From Convolutriloba macropyga (lineage: Eukaryota), in the NCBI RefSeq assembly GCF_964194025.1, contig NC_134473.1, positions 3,782,001-3,846,000 on the forward strand: 64,000 nt of DNA, in the 5' to 3' direction. The position numbers and the translations under genes were made by a program. Of the stretch, positions 23,001 through 33,414 are shown piece after piece (positions within the stretch are counted from its first letter, which is position 1; each line of letters begins with the position of its first letter). The notes below the pieces were generated by a model. The model saw only the letters and a list, made by a program, of their open reading frames with translations, ran no database searches and was not told where the DNA came from.

Positions 23001-26000
23001 GGTTAGTAACCTTGATTCTGCTCTTTGTACAAGTTCAACTGTCCGTAATGTGTTATTGATTTCATTTTTTAAATATGGATCATTGAGTTCAAGGAACAGC
23101 TCACAGTGCTAATGCGACCCATTCAAATTTTATTTTTAAAAGTATAAAAAACGCGTAAATATGTTACTGAAGTTCTTGTACTGAAAGGGAGTTTGCTAAC
23201 CATAGATTATCAGCTTTTTTGGTTGAACGTCTTGGAAACAAAAATCTTCAAGCGTCTTTTTTAGGAACTATCTACTGCCATTACAAATGCATTGTACAGT
23301 AATGCTTTGAAAGATATATGAGTACGATATCCATTTAAATCTTATTCTATCTCGAATCTTTTAAGTTACATTTTTAGTTTCAATTCAATTTGTTGAATTC
23401 TCATGTGGATTTCCTTCCAAAAAACAACCTCGCATTATTGCAAGTTACATTTCTATCATCGCGACTTTTCATCTTTGAGCAATTTTATGGGAAAAATCAG
23501 CTTAATTGGCGATAAAATCAAAATTGTGAGAGAATTTAATGACTAGCATTAACGGTGTAGAAACACCAATCTTGTAATATTAATTACTGAGTGATAGCAA
23601 AAATTCTTATTACAGATCACAGTTAAGTACTTAATCACTAGTAAAGAGTTGCTCCGATTTCAGGATTTGTCCATAAACTGAAGAATCATGATTCAGCATT
23701 TGGATACACAGAGTGCCTGCAACTAAGCGCCAAATTTCTATTTGCAGCTGCTTACGACATTGATACTGGCACTGGATCTATCAACGGTTAGAAACATGAC
23801 TGATCTGATCACTCAGTAGTACAAATTGTTTAATCACTTTCAAACGAATCTCGAGGGCTTTATTGTAAACGTGTCTTCTTGAAGCTATGGTTTTTCTTAT
23901 CGGCTGACGCTCAATTTTCATTTCTTCACATTACAAAGATTAAAGTGCAGTTTTGTTTGCTCGTTCATGCCTATCTTTAGCTACTGTATATGCGTCACGT
24001 CATTTGTCACTCTCGTTAGCGTAGTTTTAACCTGAATTGTGTGATTAGTTTTTTAATAGCCGCCCTCATCTTCTCAGCCGGCTATTATAGCGCTCCTATT
24101 TTTTTTTACTTCGTCGAATAAAAAAATGTTTCGCTTTACCTCATTTTGCCGCCTTTTCAACATTTTGCGTGAAATCTTTTTGACTTCTCTAGGCTAGTTT
24201 CTCTCTTTTCTCATTCTGCTAAAAGTGATTTTGAACATCAGTTGCTCAGCAAAGCAATTCAAAATGAACAGTCAGTATAAAAAATTGAAGTCAGAAATAG
24301 AAACGGGATAAACCCATAAAGCCCAATTTTAGATGCCCGCTATTTGAACGTCGGTCCTATAAGTATTAGTTACCTCTCTCTAATGCTTATTGTTATTGAT
24401 AGTAGCCCCTGTAGCCTCTCTCTAAGAAACAGAAGTATGTTCAACTACGAAATGCCATCAAAATAAATCGGACTTAAAAAAATGTTTTTGTACGAAAATC
24501 TTTTTTTTTTTCAATATCTTCTGTTATTTCAATCCCAGTCATGCTTATTGGAATCAACGGCGGCTATTTTCCGGCAATCTGCCGGGTATGTTTTTAATTG
24601 CTCTCGAACGAATTTTGAAGCAATTATTGTGAAACTGTGCGTCTTTTTGCAAGAAAAATTTGTGCTTGACCATTTTTGCCCCTTTTGTTCTAGAACATTC
24701 TCAACTGGCTCGATGAGGTCGAGCGGTCGAACCCCTATCAGGTCCAAGCTTCTACACCCAAAAATTAATCTGCACCCCTAAATTAAATCCCCGCACCCGC
24801 CTGTCGTTCGAGAGCAATTTATCCGATGGTTGTCGTTTATGTTTGATCGTACATGGCGTACCCCAATTTTTAAATTTAGCAATTATATTAGTCCTGTCGT
24901 CTTCTATGTAATTTTTCCCTTGACCGCCGAAAGCCCACCGGTGTCGCAGGCGAAATGACCGCCGAAAGCCCACCGGTGTCGCAGGCGAAATGACCGCCGA
25001 AAGCCCACCGGTGTCGCAGGCGAAATGAAAGCGTTTTTATTTAAATTAGAGAAATGNNNNNNNNNNNNNNNNNNNNNNNNNNNNNNNNNNNNNNNNNNNN
25101 NNNNNNNNNNNNNNNNNNNNNNNNNNNNNNNNNNNNNNNNNNNNNNNNNNNNNNNNNNNNNNNNNNNNNNNNNNNNNNNNNNNNNNNNNNNNNNNNNNNN
25201 NNNNNNNNNNNNNNNNNNNNNNNNNNNNNNNNNNNNNNNNNNNNNNNNNNNNNNNNAGCTGTTTTTTCTCCAATTTGATTAATTGCTCTTGAACGCAGTT
25301 CATAGCAACTATTGTAAACATGTTGGACTTTTTTATGCAAATTTTTCGCTTGACAATTTTGCGCTTTTCTTCTAGAACATTCTTTGACTTCTCAAGTGAC
25401 TTTTTCACGCTTTCGTTTATCATTTTTGACTGATCTCTAGTGCTCCGAAGTAAAGCTTGTTACTAATATAAAATCGGTTGCAGCTTAGGAAATTTAAGTG
25501 ACTCGTAGCGCAGTGGTTAGTGGGTATGGATCGGGAGGTCAGTGGTTCGAATCCCGCTGGGGTCGAGGATTTTTGCACTCATAAAGAAAAATTGATCTAT
25601 ACTAAAGACCATGAATTAAATTGCCTCGCCTGTCGTTCAAGAGCAATTCTTCCGACATTTGTCGGTTTATGTTTGTAAAATGCCACGAAGGCAATTTTTG
25701 CTGCTTTGAGTTTGATAGTCAATTGAGTGATAATTTTTATGTTTTAGATTTATTTTTTTAGATAAATTTCATAGATGGTTATTTTGACCAATTTTTGTCT
25801 TGAATCTTTCTTGATGCTAGATGCTTGTTATGATCCGAAAGACTATAATCTGCACACTTATGGGAGCTAGTTAATTAATGTCTGTCTCACTACTAAAGCT
25901 GTGATTTCTACTGCTATATCTTGGTCCTTCTATTGGAACTTCATAAATTTTAGATTTTAATGGAAACTGTGTTTTAGTATTTTACTTTTGTAAGTTTCAA

Positions 26001-26813
26001 ATGTTGCACATGTGTGGCAAGTTATCAAATTGGTTGCTTGCTCAAAGCCTACATCTCTTTATACATAAATCTCACAATTCTAATACTTATATATGTACTT
26101 AGAGTTCACAGCCTTGGCTGCAATCGAGCTTCAATTTTAAATGGATATTTCTTGTTTCGAATCGCATCAATTGAATATTGAATACTGTGCCGAGATCACA
26201 GTTTTTGTTTAAATTTTGGCAATCAATGGCAAAATTACGTTCAATGTGTCAAGTTCGCAAAATAGTTTTCATGAAATTAAACGCACTTTCGAGGCGCAAA
26301 CCAACCTAAATTATGGTCGTGGGATGACTGAACGGAAAATATTTGGAATTTATATATGTTTCAGTGTTCTGCCGACCGAGAAAGCAGAATCTGAACAGTT
26401 TAAATCAACTCTATATTTTGACACTGTCCTTCGCGATTGACAAAATGCCTGCCTTGGAAGTGGAAGGTTATCTGAGCACCCGAGTGTTGGCAATGATCTT
26501 CTCTCAATTACAAAGTCCTCACTTTTCGCTCATTGTCGGCGGACAAAGTTTGTTATCCTTTAGAACTGATAAAACTATTTTTGAACATGATTTTGAGATC
26601 AAATCAAAGGTGCTTCAAGAATTGGCAAGGACTTCTCAAATTGATTCTGATCACGGTACAAGCGATGAATTATTTTCAAGTGACGACGAAATTGGATTTA
26701 ACGTGCATGATCGATCAACAAGGCGTTATTCTGGTAATGGGAAACGATTACAACTGACTAAAGTGAATGATAGTTATTACTCATATTTAACTGGTTGGTG
26801 CAACTTGTTATAA
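6474..26813 (+). CDS. WD40-repeat protein, ~634 aa, 10 coding exons: 6474-6735, 7768-7938, 8326-8536, 17134-17276, 17949-18032, 18575-18685, 18763-18851, 22740-23001, 23664-23786, 26365-26813
   Basis: All introns are GT-AG with compatible phases (1,1,2,1,1,1,0,1,1) and the exons total 1905 nt. WD repeats cross the junctions: GHNDTVFC..ITGS|RDTMVKVW, GHSGTVTC..LTASTDCCIKLWN, ISGS|ESGKLQIWD, HEESINKIE|V..FTSSKDGLVKIWQ, FVGDDGPNIKIVDW. The protein ends in WCNLL*. Intron 9 spans the N gap, so an extra exon cannot be excluded. Confidence 0.88.
8008..8054. repeat. (TA)n microsatellite in intron 2
   Basis: About 23 uninterrupted TA units. Confidence 0.97.
8662..12520 (+). mobile_element. HINE family B composite element (~3.9 kb) in intron 3
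   Basis: The 5' end TAATAGCCGCC...CCGGCTATTA is itself a hairpin. The 3' end is GGTGGCTATT plus stem-loop CCGGCA-atc-TGCCGG. Both ends and 12060-12520 match the 537-bp copy at 24054-24590. Confidence 0.65.
10176..12060. repeat. ~777-bp tandem repeat, ~2.4 copies; each full unit carries a HINE-B 3' end and a MITE left end
   Basis: The unit start TTAGTTTCTAAGTTATTATTATCTGCC recurs at ~10176, ~10951 and ~11729 with near identity. Confidence 0.92.
13160..13314. mobile_element. MITE with GGATC termini and an 8-bp TSD
   Basis: TIR GGATCTATT...AATAGATCC. TSD AACAGATT at 13152-13159 and 13315-13322. Confidence 0.85.
13913..14953 (+). mobile_element. HINE family B element
   Basis: 5' TAATAGCCGCACAGCG. 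3' GCGGCTATT plus stem-loop CCGGCC-atc-TGCCAG. Interior shared with 19885-20381 and the 777-bp array. Confidence 0.7.
17529..17632. repeat. 52-bp perfect tandem duplication
   Basis: CGGTTTGATGTGAAGG...AATCCAAAACA occurs twice, adjacent. Confidence 0.93.
19063..19690 (+). repeat. ~620-bp dispersed repeat (second copy ~22025-22640); the first ~155 bp have HINE-like ends
   Basis: Clear colinear similarity between the two copies. TAGTGACTA/TAGTCGCTG inverted motifs, and a CGGACGTTAGTCGG hairpin like that of HINE-A. Confidence 0.7.
19885..20381 (+). mobile_element. HINE family B element
   Basis: 5' TAATAGCCGCACAGCG. 3' GCGGCTATT plus CTGGCA-atc-TGCCGG. Confidence 0.72.
20575..21015 (+). mobile_element. 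HINE family A element with a different internal cargo
   Basis: 5' TAATTGCTCGCAAACGA. 3' TCGTTTGAGAGCAATT (20978-20993) plus CCGAC-gtta-GTCGG (20997-21010). Confidence 0.7.
21127..21953. repeat. ~420-bp diverged tandem duplication (2 copies)
   Basis: Both units start TTTAC(T/G)GCGTA...TCACTCAAATTTTTAC and end AATTTAAGCAGCTGAGCTCAAGT. Confidence 0.85.
24054..24590 (+). mobile_element. HINE family B element (short form)
   Basis: 5' TAATAGCCGCC, 3' GGCGGCTATT (24559-24568) plus CCGGCA-atc-TGCCGG (24571-24585). T runs on both sides and no TSD. Confidence 0.75.
24595..24842 (+). mobile_element. HINE family A element abutting the HINE-B 3' end
   Basis: Perfect 16-bp subTIR AATTGCTCTCGAACGA / TCGTTCGAGAGCAATT (24804-24819), with a degenerate terminal hairpin. 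Confidence 0.7.
24921..25028. repeat. GC-rich 35-bp tandem repeat x3 next to the assembly gap
   Basis: TGACCGCCGAAAGCCCACCGGTGTCGCAGGCGAAA occurs three times, identical, with no spacers. Confidence 0.95.
25057..25256. other. Assembly gap (200 N) within intron 9 of the WD40 gene
   Basis: Run of 200 N. Exon phases on both sides are compatible. Confidence 0.99.
25280..25671 (+). mobile_element. HINE family A element carrying a tRNA-derived Pol III cassette
   Basis: subTIRs AATTGCTCTTGAACG / CGTTCAAGAGCAATT and terminal hairpin CCGAC-attt-GTCGG (25652-25665). Confidence 0.72.
25500..25574 (+). promoter_or_regulatory. tRNA-like (SINE-head) RNA polymerase III cassette; not a functional tRNA
   Basis: A box TAGCGCAGTGG, B box GGTTCGAATCCC, acceptor-like pairing GACTC/GGGTC and a T5 run at 25570-25574. 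The anticodon arm is shortened. Confidence 0.75.
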
Positions 26814-27601
26814 TGTGCTTTATTTTTTGTTATCAATGTCTTTAAAAATGGTGTAGAATTATAAATAGATATTAAATCACTTTTTTATGAGAAATCTGTA
26901 AGCGGCCCAAAGTTGCGAAGTAACGCATGTGGCCATGGGTTCTGTCCGCCTCCCTAAATAGTTCTTGATAATCTCGAATTTTAGCAACACACACCCTCCC
27001 CTCCCGGTCGTTGATTGCGATCCTCTTTTCACGACCGCGTAACACCACAATGATCTTTATATATGCCGTGGAACCTAGAATGGGAAAACACCTCAAAAAT
27101 TACACGTTTATTTGGGAGACTTCAGAATGCTCCTACTAATATAAAACGGTTCTCAATTAAACCAATTATTGAGCAGTGCGACTATTGGAGTTAAAACATT
27201 TGTTCGTAATACAATTGAATAGAGAACAATAACTAGTAAAAAATGGTCTAAATTTGGAACCAACTATCGAACAGTTCGAGATTGTGCTTCTAAACATCTA
27301 CGGATATCCAATTCCATTGTGGTCTTTTTGGGCATGTCTGAAGTCTTGAAGTTGCCGTCACAATAAAGTGGGGGATGTGATAATGGAAATGACAGAAAAA
27401 AATAAGTATAAGGATTTAGAGAGCATAAATTGTAATAGTGATGTAGTTCAAAGTTTATAACTTCTGAACTCTTGTGAAGTAGAGCTGTCAATGATTAATT
27501 CTTTTTCATCATAGGATTAATTCCATCAACTTGGTTACACAGGACAGGTCAATCATAGACGATAATTAGGATTATGTATAAATTATCAATAAATCTGCAC
27601 C

Positions 27602-27663
27602 ATTGCTTAGATTTGAGGTCGATTATTTGAAATTGCTTAGATTTGAGGTCGATTATTTGAAAT
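27602..27663. repeat. 30-bp tandem duplication
   Basis: ATTGCTTAGATTTGAGGTCGATTATTTGAA occurs twice. Confidence 0.9.
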
Positions 27664-28327
27664 GCTCATTGATCCGTTTCTTTCAATGAGAGTTTGTATC
27701 GTATCCTGTCAGATCGTATCGTCTCCTTGCTCAAAACATCAAACTCGACAACGAATCCCGGAAAAAATTCTAGCTTTTTTCTATAGGCAACCACAAAGTG
27801 GTTCATGTATGTTTGCACATATTCTGACCCATCTCTTAAAAATTCTGCTCAACATTCAATCTAGTAAAGCGGTGCGAGCAGCATTTTTGAAGAACGGCTT
27901 TTTTGAAAGTGTTAAAACTTCAATGGAAAAAACGTTAGATGACAAAATTAAATCCATTATTACAACATAACTAGTCAAAATCCTTTTGAATCTGAAGGAA
28001 GAAATATCAGCCCGAAAAACGCTTTATGTAAATCTGTTGAATTCCGGTTTAATTTCAATGAAACAACAGATATTACTAAACGAAAAGTTCTGGGTCTCTA
28101 TTTCGAGCTTTCCAATAAAAACGATTTAGTGGGGCCTGAAACTTGACCCCCTTGATAGCTATCTTGTGTGCATTTTAGGCACAAATCAGTCTTTGTTTGA
28201 AGAATGAATTGAATGCTCAAAATTGGATCAAAACGTAAAAGGATAAGCAGGAAATAATACAGCGAAAGAATGCAAAACTAATCGTCATGAGCACTTTTTT
28301 AAACAATGGCACAAACAACAAAAAATG

Positions 28328-28660
28328 GGGTCTAGGAAATAAACCACCACGTAAAAAACCCCCCACTTAACTTTAGATAGGAAATAAACCCCCACGGAAA
28401 ATAACCCCCAAGGAAATAAACCCCCATTTTAAAATTCGATTTCGGTTGTAATAATTTGTTCGGTTGTGATAGTTTCATATCAAGTCCCACGGGCCGCTGA
28501 GGCATGGCCATGGCCCGCGAGGCATGGACAAACGCGCTAAATGTGCAGCTCTTTAATAGTAAAGTGGGGGTTTATTTCCGTGAGGGTTTATTTCCGTGGG
28601 GGTTTATTTCCTATCTAAAATGAAGTGGGGGTTTTTCGTGGGGGTTTCTTTCCGCAACCG
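28328..28660. mobile_element. Foldback/Mutator-like MITE with internally repetitive TIRs and a 9-bp TSD
   Basis: ~100-bp inverted arms built of GGAAATAAACCCCCAC subrepeats. TSD CAAAAAATG at 28319-28327 and 28661-28669. Confidence 0.85.
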
Positions 28661-30049
28661 CAAAAAATGAAAGCTGTCAAAATCTGAAAAAAAGCGCCAG
28701 CATCAGTGCAAGAAATCAAAAACCTTTGGAAAAAGATTTCAAAACTAATCAACGATAACAAAAAGACAAGTTCAGTTGAGAAATAAGGAGTATCCACAAT
28801 TTGTTCATAGGATTACAAAGATAGCTTTTACTTCCTCAGATTTGCAAAAAAAGAGAAAATGCGATGTGTGATTGGGTGAAATAATTAAAATTTTACGCCA
28901 AATTTTAGGTACCATTTTATCATTAATTGAAATTGTCCCTAACAAATACTCTTCAAAACATTTTCCAAAAAAACATTAAATGCAAACACTTTAGACAACT
29001 TTGGACAACAGATTAGTAAGTATTTATAAGAAATTTCCGGTTTGCAAACTCTTCCAATAATTTTGATAAGTTGAAATACTTCCGCACTTCATGAAAACGT
29101 AAGATCAAATTTAACTGGGCACAGAAATTTGAGAAATTTAACAAAATTTAAATCTAGACAGTTTTTTGTAGTTCCTTACTTCGGTTTTTTGAAAAAAAAA
29201 TCACTTCTGTTAATTTCGGTCAACAGAACAGTTTTTATGTGAATATATCATTAGAGCAAAAACTTTACACCGTGTTCTCAAAACAAGGCCGGCACTACAA
29301 TGAGTACGATAGACTCATGGGAATGAGAATGATCTCTTAGTGTTTTTTGATCTTGCAGTTTGAACAAAGACAATAGAAAATTGTTTTGCTGAGATTTGTT
29401 CTGTTCAAAGTGAAATTATCCCTAAGAAAAGTAGACATATTTTGCAATGGAAAGTAAGATTTTTTATAAATTAGACTTTACAAGTTAAAGAATGCTCTAT
29501 TGTAGCTGAGGATTGAGATTGTTATCATAATTTCATTTTACTTGACTGTTTTTAGGAACATGTAAACCGTAATTGATCAGAAACCCACAAAAAGTCTTTT
29601 CAAGACTTTTGTGGGTTTTTTCATGTTCTAAAAGCACCATTCAATTGTCTGGTTTTTGAAGGTTGCAGTAAGCAGTTTTCAAAACAAAAATGATTCAACT
29701 TTTTTCAGCAGCTGCGCTCAAACCCAATTTATAGAGAACCAAATGACAGGCTATTGCATTTTAAACAATTTTTCAAAAAATTTAAAGCTGTTGCTGACAA
29801 AAATTGTTTAAATTGTTTGCAACTGATTTCACTTCTTAAAAAATATGCTTCAAGTTTTTAATAAGCTTCCCAGAAACTTGCTTGACACTGTGAAATTGTT
29901 TATTCAAATAATATCAATTTGCTTTATTCCTGAACTGTTGATGATTTGGATTGTGATATGGTTTGAAAACTGTTGACTTTTTCATTAATTATTTTAAACC
30001 CTAAAAAATAAGTTTGAATTTTGTTAAAAAATTGAATACCACCAATAAT

Positions 30050-30830
30050 GGTCTCTGATCTAGGCCCCATGGTGCAATTAGTACAAATAAGGACACGTAC
30101 AGTAGTCAAGATGTATAACAGACGGTGAGGTGTGCGTTGCAGTTTTTTTTTGTCATTTAAAAATTCACGGCCCAAAGACGAAGGTTAAAGCAGGGTATAG
30201 AAACCGCTGAGCCCTGAAAATTTTTTACGGCCGTTTAGAGAGAACGACGAATCAGGTTTATAAAAACCTATTTTGATTTTGATTGGAGCCAAGTCCTGTC
30301 GTACGAAATGGTTGCTAAATTGCCGGAGTGTTGCCACAATTGACAAATTGGGTTATGGCACAGAAATTGTGACAATTTCTCTGCCATGTATGGATTCAAA
30401 TTTAGGAATCAAGACAATTATTGAGCAAGCTGGAAATCTTACTATGCGGCTGTTTTTTTGGTTTCAGATACTTAAAAAGTTTTGAGTCCACAATGGACGC
30501 CAATCAATGTGCGAATTCCACACTCCCGACTATTTTGTTTCTAAGGGTCGTTCTTTTCACACTCCCCCACCAAATTTGGGTTTTCGAACAATACAATGCT
30601 ACAACCCATACAGCCATTATAACGAAAAAAGTTTCTAGGTGAAATCATAAGACGAGTGGCCTGCCCCGTTCTCGAGTTTGTCTACGGCCTGGGTCTTTAT
30701 CCGGCTGAATATGTTTGGGACACGATCAATTAACAATTTACCTCATAAGGCCTCCTTAAAAGCACACAACGTTTGGCTATCATTCTCAAAAAGATACGCT
30801 CAAAGCTTATATACGAGCAAGACCAATAGG
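30050..30830 (+). mobile_element. Degenerate Tc1/mariner transposase remnant
   Basis: Fragments in different frames: DWSQVL, WVFEQYNATTHTA (cf. FQQDNAPxH), EWPA and LYPAEYVWDTI (cf. DLNPIENVW). Boundaries are approximate. Confidence 0.7.
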
Positions 30831-31987
30831 TTTCAAAAATAAATAGGCTTCAGATGTTACAGATTTCGTTTTTTTTTCACTTTTATAGAAATTTATTGCT
30901 CTGTTCTCTAATTACGACTCGAAGAGTATTAATGGTGATCTATTGTTCAATCGGTGACTTCTATTTGCATAGGAAGTGTTATAGAAGAAGTCAAATGCTG
31001 CGCGTGAGAAAAAAGTGTTTAGGTCAATCTACTTAAAAAATTCAAGTGGAGAGAGAATTTAGATATGTTCAAGCATAATTCTGATAGAGAGCGAGAAAAA
31101 TAGGTAGGCTGAAAAAATTCGATAACTTAGCAAATTTGTGAGCACGTGCTGTTTCTTTAGTTTTAGCGTAACGTTTTTGTATACCCCTGATGGTATCTAT
31201 TATCTTATCCGACAGCAGAATGGCTTAAAGATTCTTCGGAATAGCTTCTTTGAACTAGCTTAACTTTTGAAGACATTTTGTAACATGTTTCTTTTATTTT
31301 TTCATTTCCCGCTCCTCGGGTTTCAATACATGTACCGTCGTGTCTGTTGCTTTTATCAGATGTTTGTTATTCATTGAATGATCACTATCTGTATTGCAAA
31401 CTGTTTCGCCAATAGTTGTTTCGGAGCCGCCACTTGTAAATTAATTTTTATCACTTTTTTTGAGATAATAATTTTGGCTTCACTCCGTTTTTGGTGTTCC
31501 TCAGTTAGTGTTTCGAAATGATTAGTGAATTATTTAATATCCTCATTTCATTTAATGAGGGTATGGCGAGGTCCTTAGTGGATGTCTGCGTGGAGTCGGC
31601 TCCAGAGTCTTCCGGCTATATTTCTTCTAACTTGACCTGTAATTTTTTATTCTGACCTTCTCAAACGTTCGCTTATTTCAATTTTACTGGACAGACTATA
31701 GTTATTCCCAAAAAGCTGCAACGCAAGAGAACGTTCGAAAAACTCCCGTCCTGCAAATGAACAATGAAGTGCTGATCTCTGAATGTTTTAGAACTGAACT
31801 TTGACCTTTGAAACGTTCGATAGCGTTGCAACTTTATGGAACTGTTTATAAACTCTATGGCAAAACAAGTCATTGACGAATGCGCTCTGAAAACGTTCCA
31901 AACAATCGCGACAAAAATTTGAAGGTCAAAACGGATTTTGCGTGCACTTCAATTTCAGAAATCTGCATTTAATTTTTGGTGCGTAAA

Positions 31988-32301
31988 ATGGAAAGCCGGG
32001 CTTGGTTTAGCTTAAACAAAACTATTTTGATTTTGTGGAGTTTGTTGTTCTCTACCATATCTCAAGCATCCGCACATTTTAATTGTCATCCAGGAATGGT
32101 TGAGATTCCCGGAGGAACCCCCGGATCCTGTTACCTACTCCGACCAATTGAGGATGGCAAGTTTATCTTCAGAAAAGCGAGGAAATATTGCGAAAAGGGT
32201 TGTGGGTACAAAACTTTTTTGCCAACTCCGCGGGATTTTAGCGAATTGGAAGCTATTACTGACTGGGCAATTGGGGAGGGGCTGCCAAGGTACAGAGGAA
32301 G
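31988..32301 (+). CDS. First exon of a secreted C-type-lectin-like protein; no intact downstream exon found
   Basis: Signal peptide (TILILWSLLFSTISQASA), then C.PG..SCYLL..F..ARKYC..LPTPR..ELEAI, typical of the N-terminal half of a CTL domain. Strong AG|GTGAGT donor at 32302. Confidence 0.65.
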
Positions 32302-33414
32302 GTGAGTTTGGGCTAATTTATTCGAGAAGGGGGAGGGGGCTCGGGGGGAGTTTTGATTCAGAATATTTACGTGTTAGAAACTGAATCAAAGAAAGTTACC
32401 TGAATTAGGGAACTTTTATGAGAGAGACTGCTGAACCCATTTTCCTTTGCGTCGGCATTAAGTTCTTTTAGTCGGAGTGATGTAATAATTATCGTGAACT
32501 TCATTCGGACAATAAATTTTCATGGAGTTTACAGTTAGTGTAGTTTGAAAATGATTTTTTCTGTACGACTAATTTTGAACAGTTTTCTAAGAGAAAATAG
32601 GATTTGCTTGCATAGATTTAAATGTTTTATCGCAAAGTGAGCTACAGTACCTCGCTTGTAGATCAAAGCTGAACCAAAAAATTTTGCTCTTGCGCAATCA
32701 AAACCTGGGAGCTTGCGCAATACTATGGCTGAAAAAGATGTGACATTCCAAATTAAAAATGCCTGCAATTGAGGCTCAGGTGAGTTTGTGTTTCGAATTA
32801 TAACAGCCATTTTTTGCTATTTGCTTAACTATATAGATTTTGAGTCCGGATTCTAGGATCTAAGACCACATGAAAGACGATAGCCATCTTTACCAGTATA
32901 TGCCCCAAGAAATCAAGAAATTTCATTGCTGGAAGTTTACGTGGCCAAATGCCTATTTTCCACGACTCATGTTTTAAGTTTAGTTTGGAAACTAGTTAGT
33001 AAAAAATTAGTTCAAATATGCTTCAAAATTGGATATGTCCGAAATTGAATTTCATGAGTTTTTTACGAGTTTTCACGAGTTTTGTTTTGGACTAGCGTGA
33101 AAAATAGTGACCGTACTAATTTCCATGCCGTAAGTCACTCCTTTCCACATAAATTAGATAGACGAAAAAGGCCATTCGGTGATTAGTTTTAGAAGTGTCC
33201 CTCTTGATTTTATTTGGATTAAGGTGAGACCATTAATAATTTTGCAATTACCCATATAATTATTTAAAAAGTTTACAAAAGACTTTTAAATTGAGTCTCA
33301 AGTAATTACAGATAAAATTTAATCGGAAAATGATTTTTTTAGGCTAATTACAATTCTCAAAATTGCGTAAGTTGGATATGTTTATTAGTGAGCCTCATAG
33401 TAACCAACTGTAAA

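Noticed and set aside
24921-25028. CRISPR array (35-bp repeats)
   Set aside because: The units are directly adjacent with no spacers, the context is eukaryotic and there are no cas genes. The same applies to the 47-bp (40651) and 27-bp (56441) repeats.
25025-25423. ORFs spanning the N run
   Set aside because: Artefacts of the assembly gap.
25500-25565. Functional tRNA gene
   Set aside because: The anticodon arm is truncated and the sequence lies inside a dispersed repeat.
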